Below, piece after piece: positions 10,701 to 17,966 of a stretch of 32,000 nt of DNA (positions are counted from its first letter, which is position 1; the number at the start of each line of letters is the position of its first letter). The DNA lies in contig NZ_AULX01000030.1 in NCBI RefSeq assembly GCF_000422505.1, positions 61,328-93,327 of the forward strand, in the 5' to 3' direction. Origin of the DNA: Paenibacillus pinihumi DSM 23905 = JCM 16419 (lineage in GTDB: Bacteria > Bacillota > Bacilli > Paenibacillales > Paenibacillaceae). Under the pieces are notes generated by a model. The model saw only the letters and a program-made list of their open reading frames with translations. It made no database searches and was not told the origin of the DNA. The position numbers were made by a program, and so were the translations under genes.

Positions 10701-13700
10701 TTCCAAGATAACATGGGCATTTGTTCCGCCCTGCCCGATCGAGTTTACAGAAGCCCTGAGAGGATGACCTGTTTCCGGGAATTTTTCGGCTTCGCTCCCC
10801 ACATAAAATGGACTGTCGATTAAATCGATATCCAGGTTAGGGACATTAAAATTCAATGTCGGAGGAATCGTTTTATTCTTTAACATAAGAACGGTTTTTA
10901 CAAAGCCTGCAATACCTGAAGTACAATCAAGATGACCAATATTAGTTTTAATAGAACCTATGGCACAAAAAGCTTTCTCCTTCGTATCAAAAGCCTTTGT
11001 GGCAGCTTCTATTTCTATTAAATCGCCCATCCTTGTTCCGGCTCCATGGGTTTCCATGTAACTTATTGAAGTCGCAGGTACCCCGCTTACCTTTAAAGCA
11101 TCCTGGATAACATCAGCTATTCCTTCTACACTGGGAGCATAATAACCGACTTTTCGGTCACCGTCATTATTGACAGCAGATCCTTTGATTACCGCATAAA
11201 TATGATCTTTATCAGCCAGTGCATCCTCTAGCCGTTTCAGGACGACAGCTGCCGAGCCTTTGCCAGGGACAAAACCATCCGCGTCATTATCAAAGGTTTT
11301 ACACTGGCCGTCTTTTGAATAAATCATCCCATCTTCAAAAAGATACCCGCTCTTATCCGGCAGAGGAACGATCGTTACACTTCCCGCCAGAGCCATAGAG
11401 CATTCTGAACGCAATAAGGATTGAGCTGCCGTATGGATCGCGACAAGAGATGTCGAACAGGCGGTATACAAAGATACAGCTGGACCTTTTAAGCCAAGTT
11501 TATAGGCAACAAGCTGGCTCATATAATCTTTATTGCTATAGAGCTCTGTAGTAAATAAACCGATTCTCTCCGCCATTTCCGAAAACATGGATGTCTTTTC
11601 CCAAAACAAATTCGGGGAAGCGCTCGCAAAGATCCCGATAGGTTTAGGATATTTCCCGGGATCATACCCTGCATCTTCAAGTGCTTCCCAGGCAACTTCA
11701 TGAAAAACCCTTACCTGAGGGTCCATGACCGCAGCTTCATTCGGTTTATAACCAAAAAACTCCGGATCGAATAAATCAATCCCTTTCATAACTCCCTGAG
11801 ATTTCACATAGTTCGGATTATTCTGCAGCTTTCTGTCAACGTTTGCCTTATCAAGCTCCTCTTCAGAAAGGACAGAAATTGAATCGACTCCGTCAGCGAG
11901 GTTGTTCCATATTTCATAAATATCAGAGCCGGCAGGAAGACGGCCGGACATCCCTACCACGGCAATGTCATGGGCAGTTCCTTCTTTCGGCTCCATTCGT
12001 TCGCTGATGATAGCGGTTTCAATTCCACCTGAAATCAATTGAGCTTGTTTTCGAATCGTCGTATACTGGAACAACTCTGCGATTTTAATTTTTTTGTCGA
12101 ATGTACTATTGATCTTATTATTCAGCTGAATAAGAATGATCGAATTACCGCCCACATCAAAGAAATTTTCCTCTAGCCCGATCATTTCCCTTCCGAGGAG
12201 TTCTTTCCATATACGCAAAAGTTCTTTTTCGTGATTCGTGTTAGCATCTCTTGAAGGAGTCTCCTGTAATCGGACAGCGTTCATGTTATTTAATTTTTTG
12301 TAATCAATCTTCCCGTTTAAGGTATACGGAATCTCCTCGATCTGCTTAAATTCCGCAGGAATCATATAGTCCGGTAAGTAGCGTGCCAGTTGCTCCCTCA
12401 CGTAAGCGGGGCTCAAGCTGCTATCGGCTTTATAGAAGGCAAGAATTCGCTTCCTGCTGTCATCATATTCATTAACAACGGCAATGCCTTCCTCGATCCC
12501 CCGGATATTACGCAAGTTTGATTCGATCTCTCCCAGCTCGATCCGATATCCCCGGATACTAACCTGATTGTCAATTCGGCCCATGAAATCAATATCGCCA
12601 CCGGGAAGCCATCTGGCCTGATCCCCGGTTCTATAAAGGGTTTTGCCTGCTATAATCTCCGTCGTGAATTTTTCTGCTGTGAGCTCCGGGAGATTTAAAT
12701 AGCCACTGGCGACTCCGAGCCCGGCTATGCATAGCTCTCCGGGAACTCCGATCGGTGCAAGTCTTGATTCGGCATCCACAATAAAAATTTGTGCATTTTC
12801 TATTGGTTTTCCAATAGGGATTTTAGTAGTACCGGCGTCCAAATCTGCACAATTATAAAATGCAGCACAAACGGTGGCTTCCGTCGGTCCGTAAGTATTA
12901 TAAACAGAACAGTCTTGCTTCAATCGGTCGATATATTCATTCTTGAGCACATCGCCGCCGCTGATAAACAGTCTGACATCTTTCAACTTTTCCAGCTTGT
13001 TCAGTTCATTCAGCATCAGCGGCGAGCAGGAAACAATGGATACTTTCCGTTCTCGTATAAACTTATGAACCTCATCGATATCAAGGATATTATCATGATT
13101 CAGTATGGCTACTTCCCCCCCGTTTACCAGGGCAGGGTAGATCTCCTCAATACTCGCATCAAAAGCCAGAGATGCCTGCTGGAGAACAACATCTTCTTTA
13201 TTAACAGCAAACTCTTTCGAGAAACAATTGACATAGGATGCTGCATTTTTATGGCTTACCATAACTCCTTTTGGATTCCCCGAGGTTCCTGAGGTATAGA
13301 TGATGTAACAGCAGCTATTAATATCAATATCAACTTCAATACTGGAATTATCTAAAGCAGTTGAATTTTCAATATGCGTAAGATTAATTATTTTCCCGTC
13401 ATAAACTTTTGTGACCTTTTGAGCCGTTGAACCTGCAGCTATCACGCAGGAAGCCCGGCAGTCATTTAAGATATAACGGAGTCTCTCTTCCGAGGTCAAC
13501 ATATCGATGGGTACATAACAGCATCCAATTTTTTGGACTCCCAACATGGCGGCAACAGCCTTTACTGACTTCGGAAGGAATAAGGCAATTGTACTGCCGG
13601 GAGTAATGCCGCTTTCAGTTAAAGCCCGTGCAATATTATCGCTCATGGAATTCAGTGTTTTATAATCTATCTTCTCATCAGCTGTACTTATAGCCATTTT

Positions 13701-15125
13701 TGCAGGGTAAGTATGAGCGGCCTCTTCAAATTGCCTAACTAGAGGGATAGAGGCATCCAAAGTAAGATCCTCTTTATTAAACTCTTCAAGAATGATCCTC
13801 TTCTCCTGAAGACTGAGCAGACTCAGTTCATCGCAAGTCCCGTTAAGATTAGCCGCAACCTGCTCCAGCATAAATAAAAAGTCTTTGCTCAATCTTTGGA
13901 TAATAACCGGATCTATTGCAGCCTTATCATATGAGAAGGTTATTTCCATAGAGTCAAATAATTCAATTCCGACAATCAAGGGATAATTGGAAAATTCCCA
14001 AGAGGCGAAGGATTTCAGCTGTAATTCGCTATTACTCAACTTCTTCATGTCCACCGGATAATTTTCAATGACCATAATGGAATTGAATAGTTCCCCGCTC
14101 GTATTGCCGTATTTCTTAATATCGACTAATGGCGTCGTACATACTTCCTGCTGTTCACCGATAGCCCGTGTTATCTCTTCAATAACATCCAGTATTTTTT
14201 TATTTGCTGAAAAGTCTATTCTTAACGGAAGCGTATTGATAAAAATTCCGATTGTATCCTCAAAAGATTGTCCGTCTATCCCTCTTGAAGACAGAGTATA
14301 ACCGAGGGTGACTTCCTTATTGTTTTGATACGTCTTCAGCATAGCTCCATACACAAAATAGCAGAAGGATGAAAGGAGGACGTTCCTTTCTTTTAAAAGA
14401 CTTTCGATTCTCTTTTGCAGCTTACTTTCGATGACCATCTTTTCTTCCATATATAATGCTGCTTTATTATCACGGGGGGTAATGAACCAGTTTAATTCAA
14501 CATCATGCCCCTTTAAGTAATTGGTCCAATAGGCCTCTTCTTTCTTTTTATCTTTTCTTACCAGATTTTTTATATAGTCCTGATAAGTCCCCTTGCCTGC
14601 CGGAAATTTAATATTTTCAGGTTCAAGACCGTAAAAACGGAAAAAATCCTTTAACAGGATATATGTACTCCAGCCATCATACAAAATATGGTGATGAGTG
14701 ATAAGCATAAAATGTTTATGCTCATCAAAGGTACACAAGGTTACCCGGAAAGGGACCTCATCCAAAGAAAAAGTATCATTTCTGTCTTTATCCAGAATTT
14801 CAGCATACTCCCGCTCACGATTGTCCGGAGATACCGTGGAGAGGTCAAAAAAACGGATGGGAAGGAGATGCTTCTTCAGGTTAATCTGAATCGGATTATT
14901 CAAACCTTCCCAGCGGAAAAGTGTTCTAAGCATCTCATGTTTCTCAACGATCTTATTCCACACTTTATTAAAAGTGACAGGAGTCATCCGGCCTTCCAAT
15001 TCTATAGCCAATTGGGCATGATATATTTGAGAGGCAGGCTCCATAAGATAGTGAAAAAGCATCCCCTCCTGCACAGGTGTAAGCCGCAATATATTTTCCA
15101 CATTATTCTTATTAAGAATTCTCAT
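7743..15125 (-). CDS. Hybrid NRPS-PKS megasynthase, C-A(Lys-like)-T-KS-(vestigial AT)-KR-ACP, 2460 aa
   Basis: Boundaries: ATG at 15123-15125 with a G-rich SD (aagggggt) ~9 nt upstream; stop TAG at 7743-7745. C: HHHILYDGWS (14673-14696). A: YIIYTSGTSGNPKGV, hand-read code DAESIGTVCK (residues between nt 12309 and 13160). T: GGNSI (Ser at 12141-12143). KS: C1223 in TACSTS (11457-11459), METHGAGT, NIGHLD. AT-like region lacks the nucleophile (GYGDNE at 10125-10142). KR: GVYLVVGGLGGVG ... YSSANIY (~8316-8873). ACP: MGASSL (Ser at 7962-7964). Basic C-terminal tail KDRKQRRLQKRKG. Confidence 0.93.
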   Translation of the reverse strand: MRILNKNNVENILRLTPVQEGMLFHYLMEPASQIYHAQLAIELEGRMTPVTFNKVWNKIVEKHEMLRTLFRWEGLNNPIQINLKKHLLPIRFFDLSTVSPDNREREYAEILDKDRNDTFSLDEVPFRVTLCTFDEHKHFMLITHHHILYDGWSTYILLKDFFRFYGLEPENIKFPAGKGTYQDYIKNLVRKDKKKEEAYWTNYLKGHDVELNWFITPRDNKAALYMEEKMVIESKLQKRIESLLKERNVLLSSFCYFVYGAMLKTYQNNKEVTLGYTLSSRGIDGQSFEDTIGIFINTLPLRIDFSANKKILDVIEEITRAIGEQQEVCTTPLVDIKKYGNTSGELFNSIMVIENYPVDMKKLSNSELQLKSFASWEFSNYPLIVGIELFDSMEITFSYDKAAIDPVIIQRLSKDFLFMLEQVAANLNGTCDELSLLSLQEKRIILEEFNKEDLTLDASIPLVRQFEEAAHTYPAKMAISTADEKIDYKTLNSMSDNIARALTESGITPGSTIALFLPKSVKAVAAMLGVQKIGCCYVPIDMLTSEERLRYILNDCRASCVIAAGSTAQKVTKVYDGKIINLTHIENSTALDNSSIEVDIDINSCCYIIYTSGTSGNPKGVMVSHKNAASYVNCFSKEFAVNKEDVVLQQASLAFDASIEEIYPALVNGGEVAILNHDNILDIDEVHKFIRERKVSIVSCSPLMLNELNKLEKLKDVRLFISGGDVLKNEYIDRLKQDCSVYNTYGPTEATVCAAFYNCADLDAGTTKIPIGKPIENAQIFIVDAESRLAPIGVPGELCIAGLGVASGYLNLPELTAEKFTTEIIAGKTLYRTGDQARWLPGGDIDFMGRIDNQVSIRGYRIELGEIESNLRNIRGIEEGIAVVNEYDDSRKRILAFYKADSSLSPAYVREQLARYLPDYMIPAEFKQIEEIPYTLNGKIDYKKLNNMNAVRLQETPSRDANTNHEKELLRIWKELLGREMIGLEENFFDVGGNSIILIQLNNKINSTFDKKIKIAELFQYTTIRKQAQLISGGIETAIISERMEPKEGTAHDIAVVGMSGRLPAGSDIYEIWNNLADGVDSISVLSEEELDKANVDRKLQNNPNYVKSQGVMKGIDLFDPEFFGYKPNEAAVMDPQVRVFHEVAWEALEDAGYDPGKYPKPIGIFASASPNLFWEKTSMFSEMAERIGLFTTELYSNKDYMSQLVAYKLGLKGPAVSLYTACSTSLVAIHTAAQSLLRSECSMALAGSVTIVPLPDKSGYLFEDGMIYSKDGQCKTFDNDADGFVPGKGSAAVVLKRLEDALADKDHIYAVIKGSAVNNDGDRKVGYYAPSVEGIADVIQDALKVSGVPATSISYMETHGAGTRMGDLIEIEAATKAFDTKEKAFCAIGSIKTNIGHLDCTSGIAGFVKTVLMLKNKTIPPTLNFNVPNLDIDLIDSPFYVGSEAEKFPETGHPLRASVNSIGQGGTNAHVILEEAPSYERRPSQRSNHLILVSAMTEQSLNELTEKYIQFFKANSGLALPDIAYTLQVGRKHFKYRRYVSCRDLSEGIEQLEKTQQAGVADESNGEDAIYFVFGNDTDGVFFKNIDCFFAEPLLKKELEQNILIGDSVSFPGLSEYFAARISNAGEVANEEFNRVIDTIFLYSYAKMFISLGIKPAGVAGYGDNEIIALCLAGVLSFENALEMMKEKGRGLEGYAGDLAVPSIPCWSHKSRNWFSRENDQLPVSFLLQEKGESPVEEFVEWVNQNKKGRAGIMCFAGESVEQEGVTCLNPLETEKDAFNNITGFLWSIGYAVDWEYFCSTEQVSRLSLPTYSFKKESFWLESKTSQALPVENDDSRKSLPDWFYVPVWKQSLLLESTPEKINSGVLVLCEENDFSQGLIEYLNHAGYKVFVVFPGKSFAPAKENSYVLNLGCRSQYKELVTEITRDGNQLDYIINCFGLAAEDNSRQRAAGDINETYFLATVYMTDAIQECNLQNHVKLMNLATNLHRISGGESRVPEKSLVIGASMVAAQEINNLSFQCLELDEKALGNNDSSYRYIEQELRQNSENPMTAYRNEIRWELDYQPLKLEESVKRNGALKEQGVYLVVGGLGGVGFHLCRYLLENYKATVIITGRTELSSDTGESSRDAGAARKAERLKELQSLGSECIYVAAGVHKSEEMEKVFKIIDEKYSSLDGVIFAPTSSDSSLFRSLNELTPDDVNLQFDPKIEGVQVLAELIKTRKPDFCLLMSSISSIVGGLGFAAYSSANIYLDYFAGTRDSSETRWISVNWEGWDIENKETRFDYNNASVTDYFMSIAEGIEAMERVLALRNIPQVAVSSVPLSGRLKKWVYKKDLALNNAASEKQLTLQTMSLREIEESLGAIVRDYFGFAEIKENATFFDMGASSLDVIQLCLNIRKIFNISLTIVELFRYSSVLALAEYLYKLNAPKGADDVKITSEEELSKIKDRKQRRLQKRKG
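9681..10424 (-). other. Vestigial / inactive acyltransferase-like region inside the NRPS-PKS (candidate docking scaffold for a trans-acting AT)
   Basis: Aligned by eye to the intact AT of the neighbouring megasynthase. FPGQGAEY becomes FGNDTDGV. GYSFGE becomes GYGDNE, so the active-site Ser is replaced by Gly (10125-10142). The downstream Arg-containing helix is not conserved, and the region is ~70 aa shorter. Confidence 0.7.
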
Positions 15126-15218
15126 TTATTAAACCCCCTTCTCAAATGAATAAAAATGCTGAGTTGCTCATAGCTCGATCCTGGTCATGATCCTGGAGTC
15201 TTCATAAGATCCCTGCGT

Positions 15219-15350
15219 TCATAACTGTTCTTGTATGTATTTTTTGATTGCATCTGCTGTGATATTTCCTACTGTAAACACATAATATCCTCTTGCCCAA
15301 GATGCCTTGTTCCCTTTGGTTGTTTGATCGAGATGCTTATCAAATATTTC
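15219..15350 (-). pseudogene. C-terminal remnant of an IS200/IS605-family tnpA (Y1 transposase)
   Basis: The minus-strand frame reads EIFDKHLDQTTKGNKASWARGYYVFTVGNITADAIKKYIQEQL*. This matches the conserved C-terminus of IS200 TnpA (..FWxRGYxVSTVG..xIxxYIxxQ) as I remember it. An in-frame stop lies immediately upstream (15351-15353), so only ~43 codons survive. Confidence 0.55.
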
Positions 15351-15371
15351 TCAGACATTTATTCCATGGCG

Positions 15372-15623
15372 TCATTCGTATAAACGGGTCTCAATGTAAG
15401 ATAACAAACTGCTCAAAGTTGACAATTTGGTATACTCAAGATTTTCATCTTCAATTTCAAAATTAAATTCGTTCTCAAGTAATACAATGAGTTTAACAAA
15501 AGCAATAGAATTGATACCATAATTAGTTAGTACATCATCTAACTTGATTTCATCCACATCGGTGGTAAGTTCCATGTTTTCTTTCATAATCCTTCTAATC
15601 TTTGCTTCTGTTGATTCTGACAT
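15372..15623 (-). CDS. Free-standing acyl/peptidyl carrier protein (83 aa)
   Basis: MSESTEAKIRR...NYGINSIAFVKLIVLLE carries a carrier-protein helix-II motif with the Ser in INS. I prefer the ATG at 15621-15623, which has GGAGG 5 nt upstream, over the TTG at 15633-15635 used by the ORF track. Confidence 0.8.
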   Translation of the reverse strand: MSESTEAKIRRIMKENMELTTDVDEIKLDDVLTNYGINSIAFVKLIVLLENEFNFEIEDENLEYTKLSTLSSLLSYIETRLYE

Positions 15624-15641
15624 ATATACCTCCAATAAAAT

Positions 15642-15647
15642 ATTATA
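15642..15647 (-). promoter_or_regulatory. Candidate -10 box (perfect TATAAT) upstream of the carrier-protein gene
   Basis: The minus strand reads ...aatacTATAATattttattGGAGGtatatATG. I found no convincing -35 element at 17 nt. AT-rich context makes chance matches likely. Confidence 0.2.
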
Positions 15648-15736
15648 GTATTTCTTTTCATTATATTATGAAATCATCTGATAGCATCTTATGGTGAATG
15701 TATTCCAGAGTGTAATAGTATCTATTATCTGAACGA

Positions 15737-15783
15737 CCCTGCACTAAACGTGCAGGGATTCACCTCTGCGACTGAAAGTCGCA
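15737..15783. repeat. Two adjacent perfect inverted repeats (hairpins) in the radical SAM / ACP intergenic region
   Basis: Hairpin 1 at 15737-15757: ccctgcac/taaac/gtgcaggg, 8-bp stem and 5-nt loop. Hairpin 2 at 15767-15783: tgcgac/tgaaa/gtcgca, 6-bp stem and 5-nt loop. The string actgaaa recurs at 15821 and 15832. Function is unknown; the hairpins may be subterminal structures of a decayed IS200/IS605 end. Confidence 0.6.
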
Positions 15784-15845
15784 ATTCCGGCTAAAGTTCC
15801 GACGAAATCGTTATGACTACACTGAAAGTGCACTGAAATGTCCTC

Positions 15846-15899
15846 TTGCTTAAGCAAATGGAAGTCTGCAAAATAGCCAGATGCCCAAGATGCTGTGCT
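15846..15899 (-). pseudogene. Second, more degenerate IS200/IS605 tnpA-like remnant
   Basis: The minus-strand frame reads STASWASGYFADFHLLKQ. It shares the nucleotide 12-mer tgcccaagatgc (15882-15893) with the first remnant (15294-15305) and the peptide pattern ASWAxGY(F/Y). It lies 2 nt after the radical SAM stop codon. Confidence 0.3.
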
Positions 15900-15901
15900 C
15901 C

Positions 15902-17524
15902 TTACAGTAAAACCTTACTTAGGTATTCAGGATTTAGTTTGATCAGGCTTCGAATCAGCGAGTATCGTTTGTTTTGCATTTTACTCATCATTTCCGTCAA
16001 ATACTGGTGATTCAATTCATCATCAATGATTCCTGCAAACAAATTTCTATCGTTAGTGGTTTGAGACATGTTCAACAGCTTGCTATAACAGCTGTAATTC
16101 TTTTTGTTCAAATCAAGGATGAATGCATCAATATAATTCACGAATTCCTGAACCAACAGCTTTGCCGGAATATGTTCATCTCCATCGTAATAATTAAAAA
16201 ACACTGTTAGAAAACACTTGTATCTTGAAAGAGGCTCAAAGATATTTCCAAACATCTTCCTTTTTTCCAAGAAATAATTCTCCAAAAACTCATAAAGATT
16301 TCCAATTCTTTCGTCGGCAAAACGATACCCGATTGCTTCGTCATATTTCGCATCTTCTAGCAATCCATCTTTCTTTGTAGCTTCATACAGTCCCGCTCCT
16401 TTTGAAAGATGCAGCTTACTCAAATGGCCAAAACCACCCAATAAGTTATACTGATTCATAAATTCCATATTCTCATATAATTTGTCGTAGGTGGAATATG
16501 GGTTGAAATTAATGAATCCCATATGGTAATTTATATCGTTCTTTTCGAGATCGTCCAGTAGTTTTCTTGAATCATCGACTGTTACCCCTTTGTTATACAG
16601 CTTCAAATCGTCATCGTTGCCAGCCTCTATCCCAGCAAATACACCAACTAATCCAGCTTTTTTCAGTAGGCCCAGATAGTTATCCGTTGCTTTTTTATAC
16701 ATATCCGCCCGTAAATCCAGCATAAAAAAAATCTTCAAATCCCTGCGCAAGATTTCTTCAGCAAGTTTTACTCCTCTATCTAATGTAGGGATTTCAAAAC
16801 TGCCATCGGCAATCGAGAAGTTAATGATACCAAGATCTCTATTTATCTCTTCCATCTCGTCGACGACCTTTTTGATGCTCCTTCCCCTCCAACCACGAGT
16901 TTCGCCGCCCTTCCAATATTCAGGAATAATGCAAAAGCTGCAATTCATATAACATCCTCTGGAGGTTGACAAATAAGCTTGTTTTAATTTATGTTGCACG
17001 ATAAGGTCCCTACTTGGAAAGGGAAGGATGTCCAGATCAGGAATCAATGTCGCCTGCTCATTCATGATGATTTCACCATCATGATTCCGATACGTCAGCC
17101 CTTTTACCCCGGATGGATCTCCGTCGCAATTTAGGCACTCAAGCAATTCAAAGGTTGTAATTTCGGCTTCTCTTTCTATGGCGTAATCGATATACTCCAG
17201 CTCAGACAGTATTTCACACGAATAATTCAACACAGCTGCTCCTCCAATAAATAGCGTGGTATTCGGCAGCCTGTCATGAAAAACATCAAGCAATTTATAG
17301 CCGTACTTTTTCGTAGGTTCATTAATGCATAATCCCAGAAAATCCGGACGGTAATTAACAATATCATCAATATAGTCCTTATCGACGGTATCATCATCCT
17401 CTTTTATAATGGGGGTAGAGATTTTAACCATGTAACCCTTTTCTCTCAGATAGGATGCAAGGAAACATATTTCCACTTCTTCAGGTTCACCCACAGCACT
17501 TAACAAGACTTTGTTTTTTTTCAT
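15902..17524 (-). CDS. B12 (cobalamin)-binding radical SAM enzyme, class B-like (putative methyltransferase), 540 aa
   Basis: Radical SAM cluster motif CYMNCSFC (CxxxCxxC; C191/C195/C198) at nt 16931-16954. It is preceded by a ~170-aa N-terminal Rossmann-like domain of the kind found in B12-binding radical SAM proteins. SD AAGGAGA lies 9 nt before the ATG at 17522-17524. Confidence 0.85.
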   Translation of the reverse strand: MKKNKVLLSAVGEPEEVEICFLASYLREKGYMVKISTPIIKEDDDTVDKDYIDDIVNYRPDFLGLCINEPTKKYGYKLLDVFHDRLPNTTLFIGGAAVLNYSCEILSELEYIDYAIEREAEITTFELLECLNCDGDPSGVKGLTYRNHDGEIIMNEQATLIPDLDILPFPSRDLIVQHKLKQAYLSTSRGCYMNCSFCIIPEYWKGGETRGWRGRSIKKVVDEMEEINRDLGIINFSIADGSFEIPTLDRGVKLAEEILRRDLKIFFMLDLRADMYKKATDNYLGLLKKAGLVGVFAGIEAGNDDDLKLYNKGVTVDDSRKLLDDLEKNDINYHMGFINFNPYSTYDKLYENMEFMNQYNLLGGFGHLSKLHLSKGAGLYEATKKDGLLEDAKYDEAIGYRFADERIGNLYEFLENYFLEKRKMFGNIFEPLSRYKCFLTVFFNYYDGDEHIPAKLLVQEFVNYIDAFILDLNKKNYSCYSKLLNMSQTTNDRNLFAGIIDDELNHQYLTEMMSKMQNKRYSLIRSLIKLNPEYLSKVLL

Positions 17525-17596
17525 ATATTATTCTCCTTTTTTCATTTTTTTGTAAAAGAAAGAACCGCTTCGGAACTATAGCGGCCAAAGGCGTAA

Positions 17597-17893
17597 AAGT
17601 TATCCTTATACAAAGCCTACAAAGCTTCGTCGCGTCTAGCCAAGGTAGACTGGGCTTTGCAGATACGAGAACTGTTACATGTCCATTATGCACAAGCCAA
17701 GCGAATCCGGCTCGTAATGGACAACTTAAACATGGATACGATTGCATCACTTTATGAGGCATTTCTTCCTTCTGAGGTACTCAGCCTGGCCAAACGCTTG
17801 GAGATCCACTATATATCCAAGCATGACAGTTCAGCAAATATTGCCGAGATCGAACTCAGTGCACTTACGCTGCAATGCTTGACTCGGTCATAG
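17597..17893 (+). pseudogene. IS630-family transposase C-terminal remnant
   Basis: The plus-strand frame reads ..KVDWALQIRELLHVHYAQAKRIRLVMDNLNMDTIASLYEAFLPSEVLSLAKRLEIHYISKHDSSANIAEIELSALTLQCLTRS*. This matches the conserved ..VMDNLNTHxxxSLYEAFxPxEAxxLxxRLEFHYTPKHGSWLNMAEIELSxLxRQCL.. block of one IS630 subgroup, from memory. It is N-terminally truncated by a stop at 17594-17596, and the GSWLN motif is degraded to DSSAN. Confidence 0.7.
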
Positions 17894-17966
17894 GACTAGC
17901 TGCTTTCCAGAAATACCTTATACTGAAACCGTTAATGAAAAACAAAGTATGCTGACCTCTTTAATG

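Noticed and set aside
7750-15149. Plus-strand ORFs (e.g. 9159-9662, 12789-13292, 14688-15149) antisense to the NRPS-PKS gene
   Set aside because: Same reasoning as above: shadow ORFs inside a well-supported 7.4-kb coding region.
15177-15196. Direct repeat gatcctgg x2 (12-bp period) between the tnpA remnant and the NRPS-PKS start
   Set aside because: It is too short to distinguish from chance. It may be part of the decayed IS end but cannot be supported.
15624-15635. TTG-initiated 4-codon extension of the carrier protein (MEVY)
   Set aside because: The TTGGAGGT sequence itself contains the SD for the ATG 5 nt downstream, so the ATG at 15621-15623 is the more likely start.
15737-15757. 8-bp perfect hairpin considered as a rho-independent terminator after the radical SAM gene
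   Set aside because: No U-tract follows the stem on the transcribed minus strand (it is followed by tcgttcagataa), nor on the plus strand.
17455-17762. Overlapping 100-aa (+) and 91-aa (-) ORFs in the radical SAM / carbamoyltransferase gap
   Set aside because: They run through or antisense to the IS630 relic and into the radical SAM start. No SD or motifs are present, and the region is better explained as decayed IS sequence.
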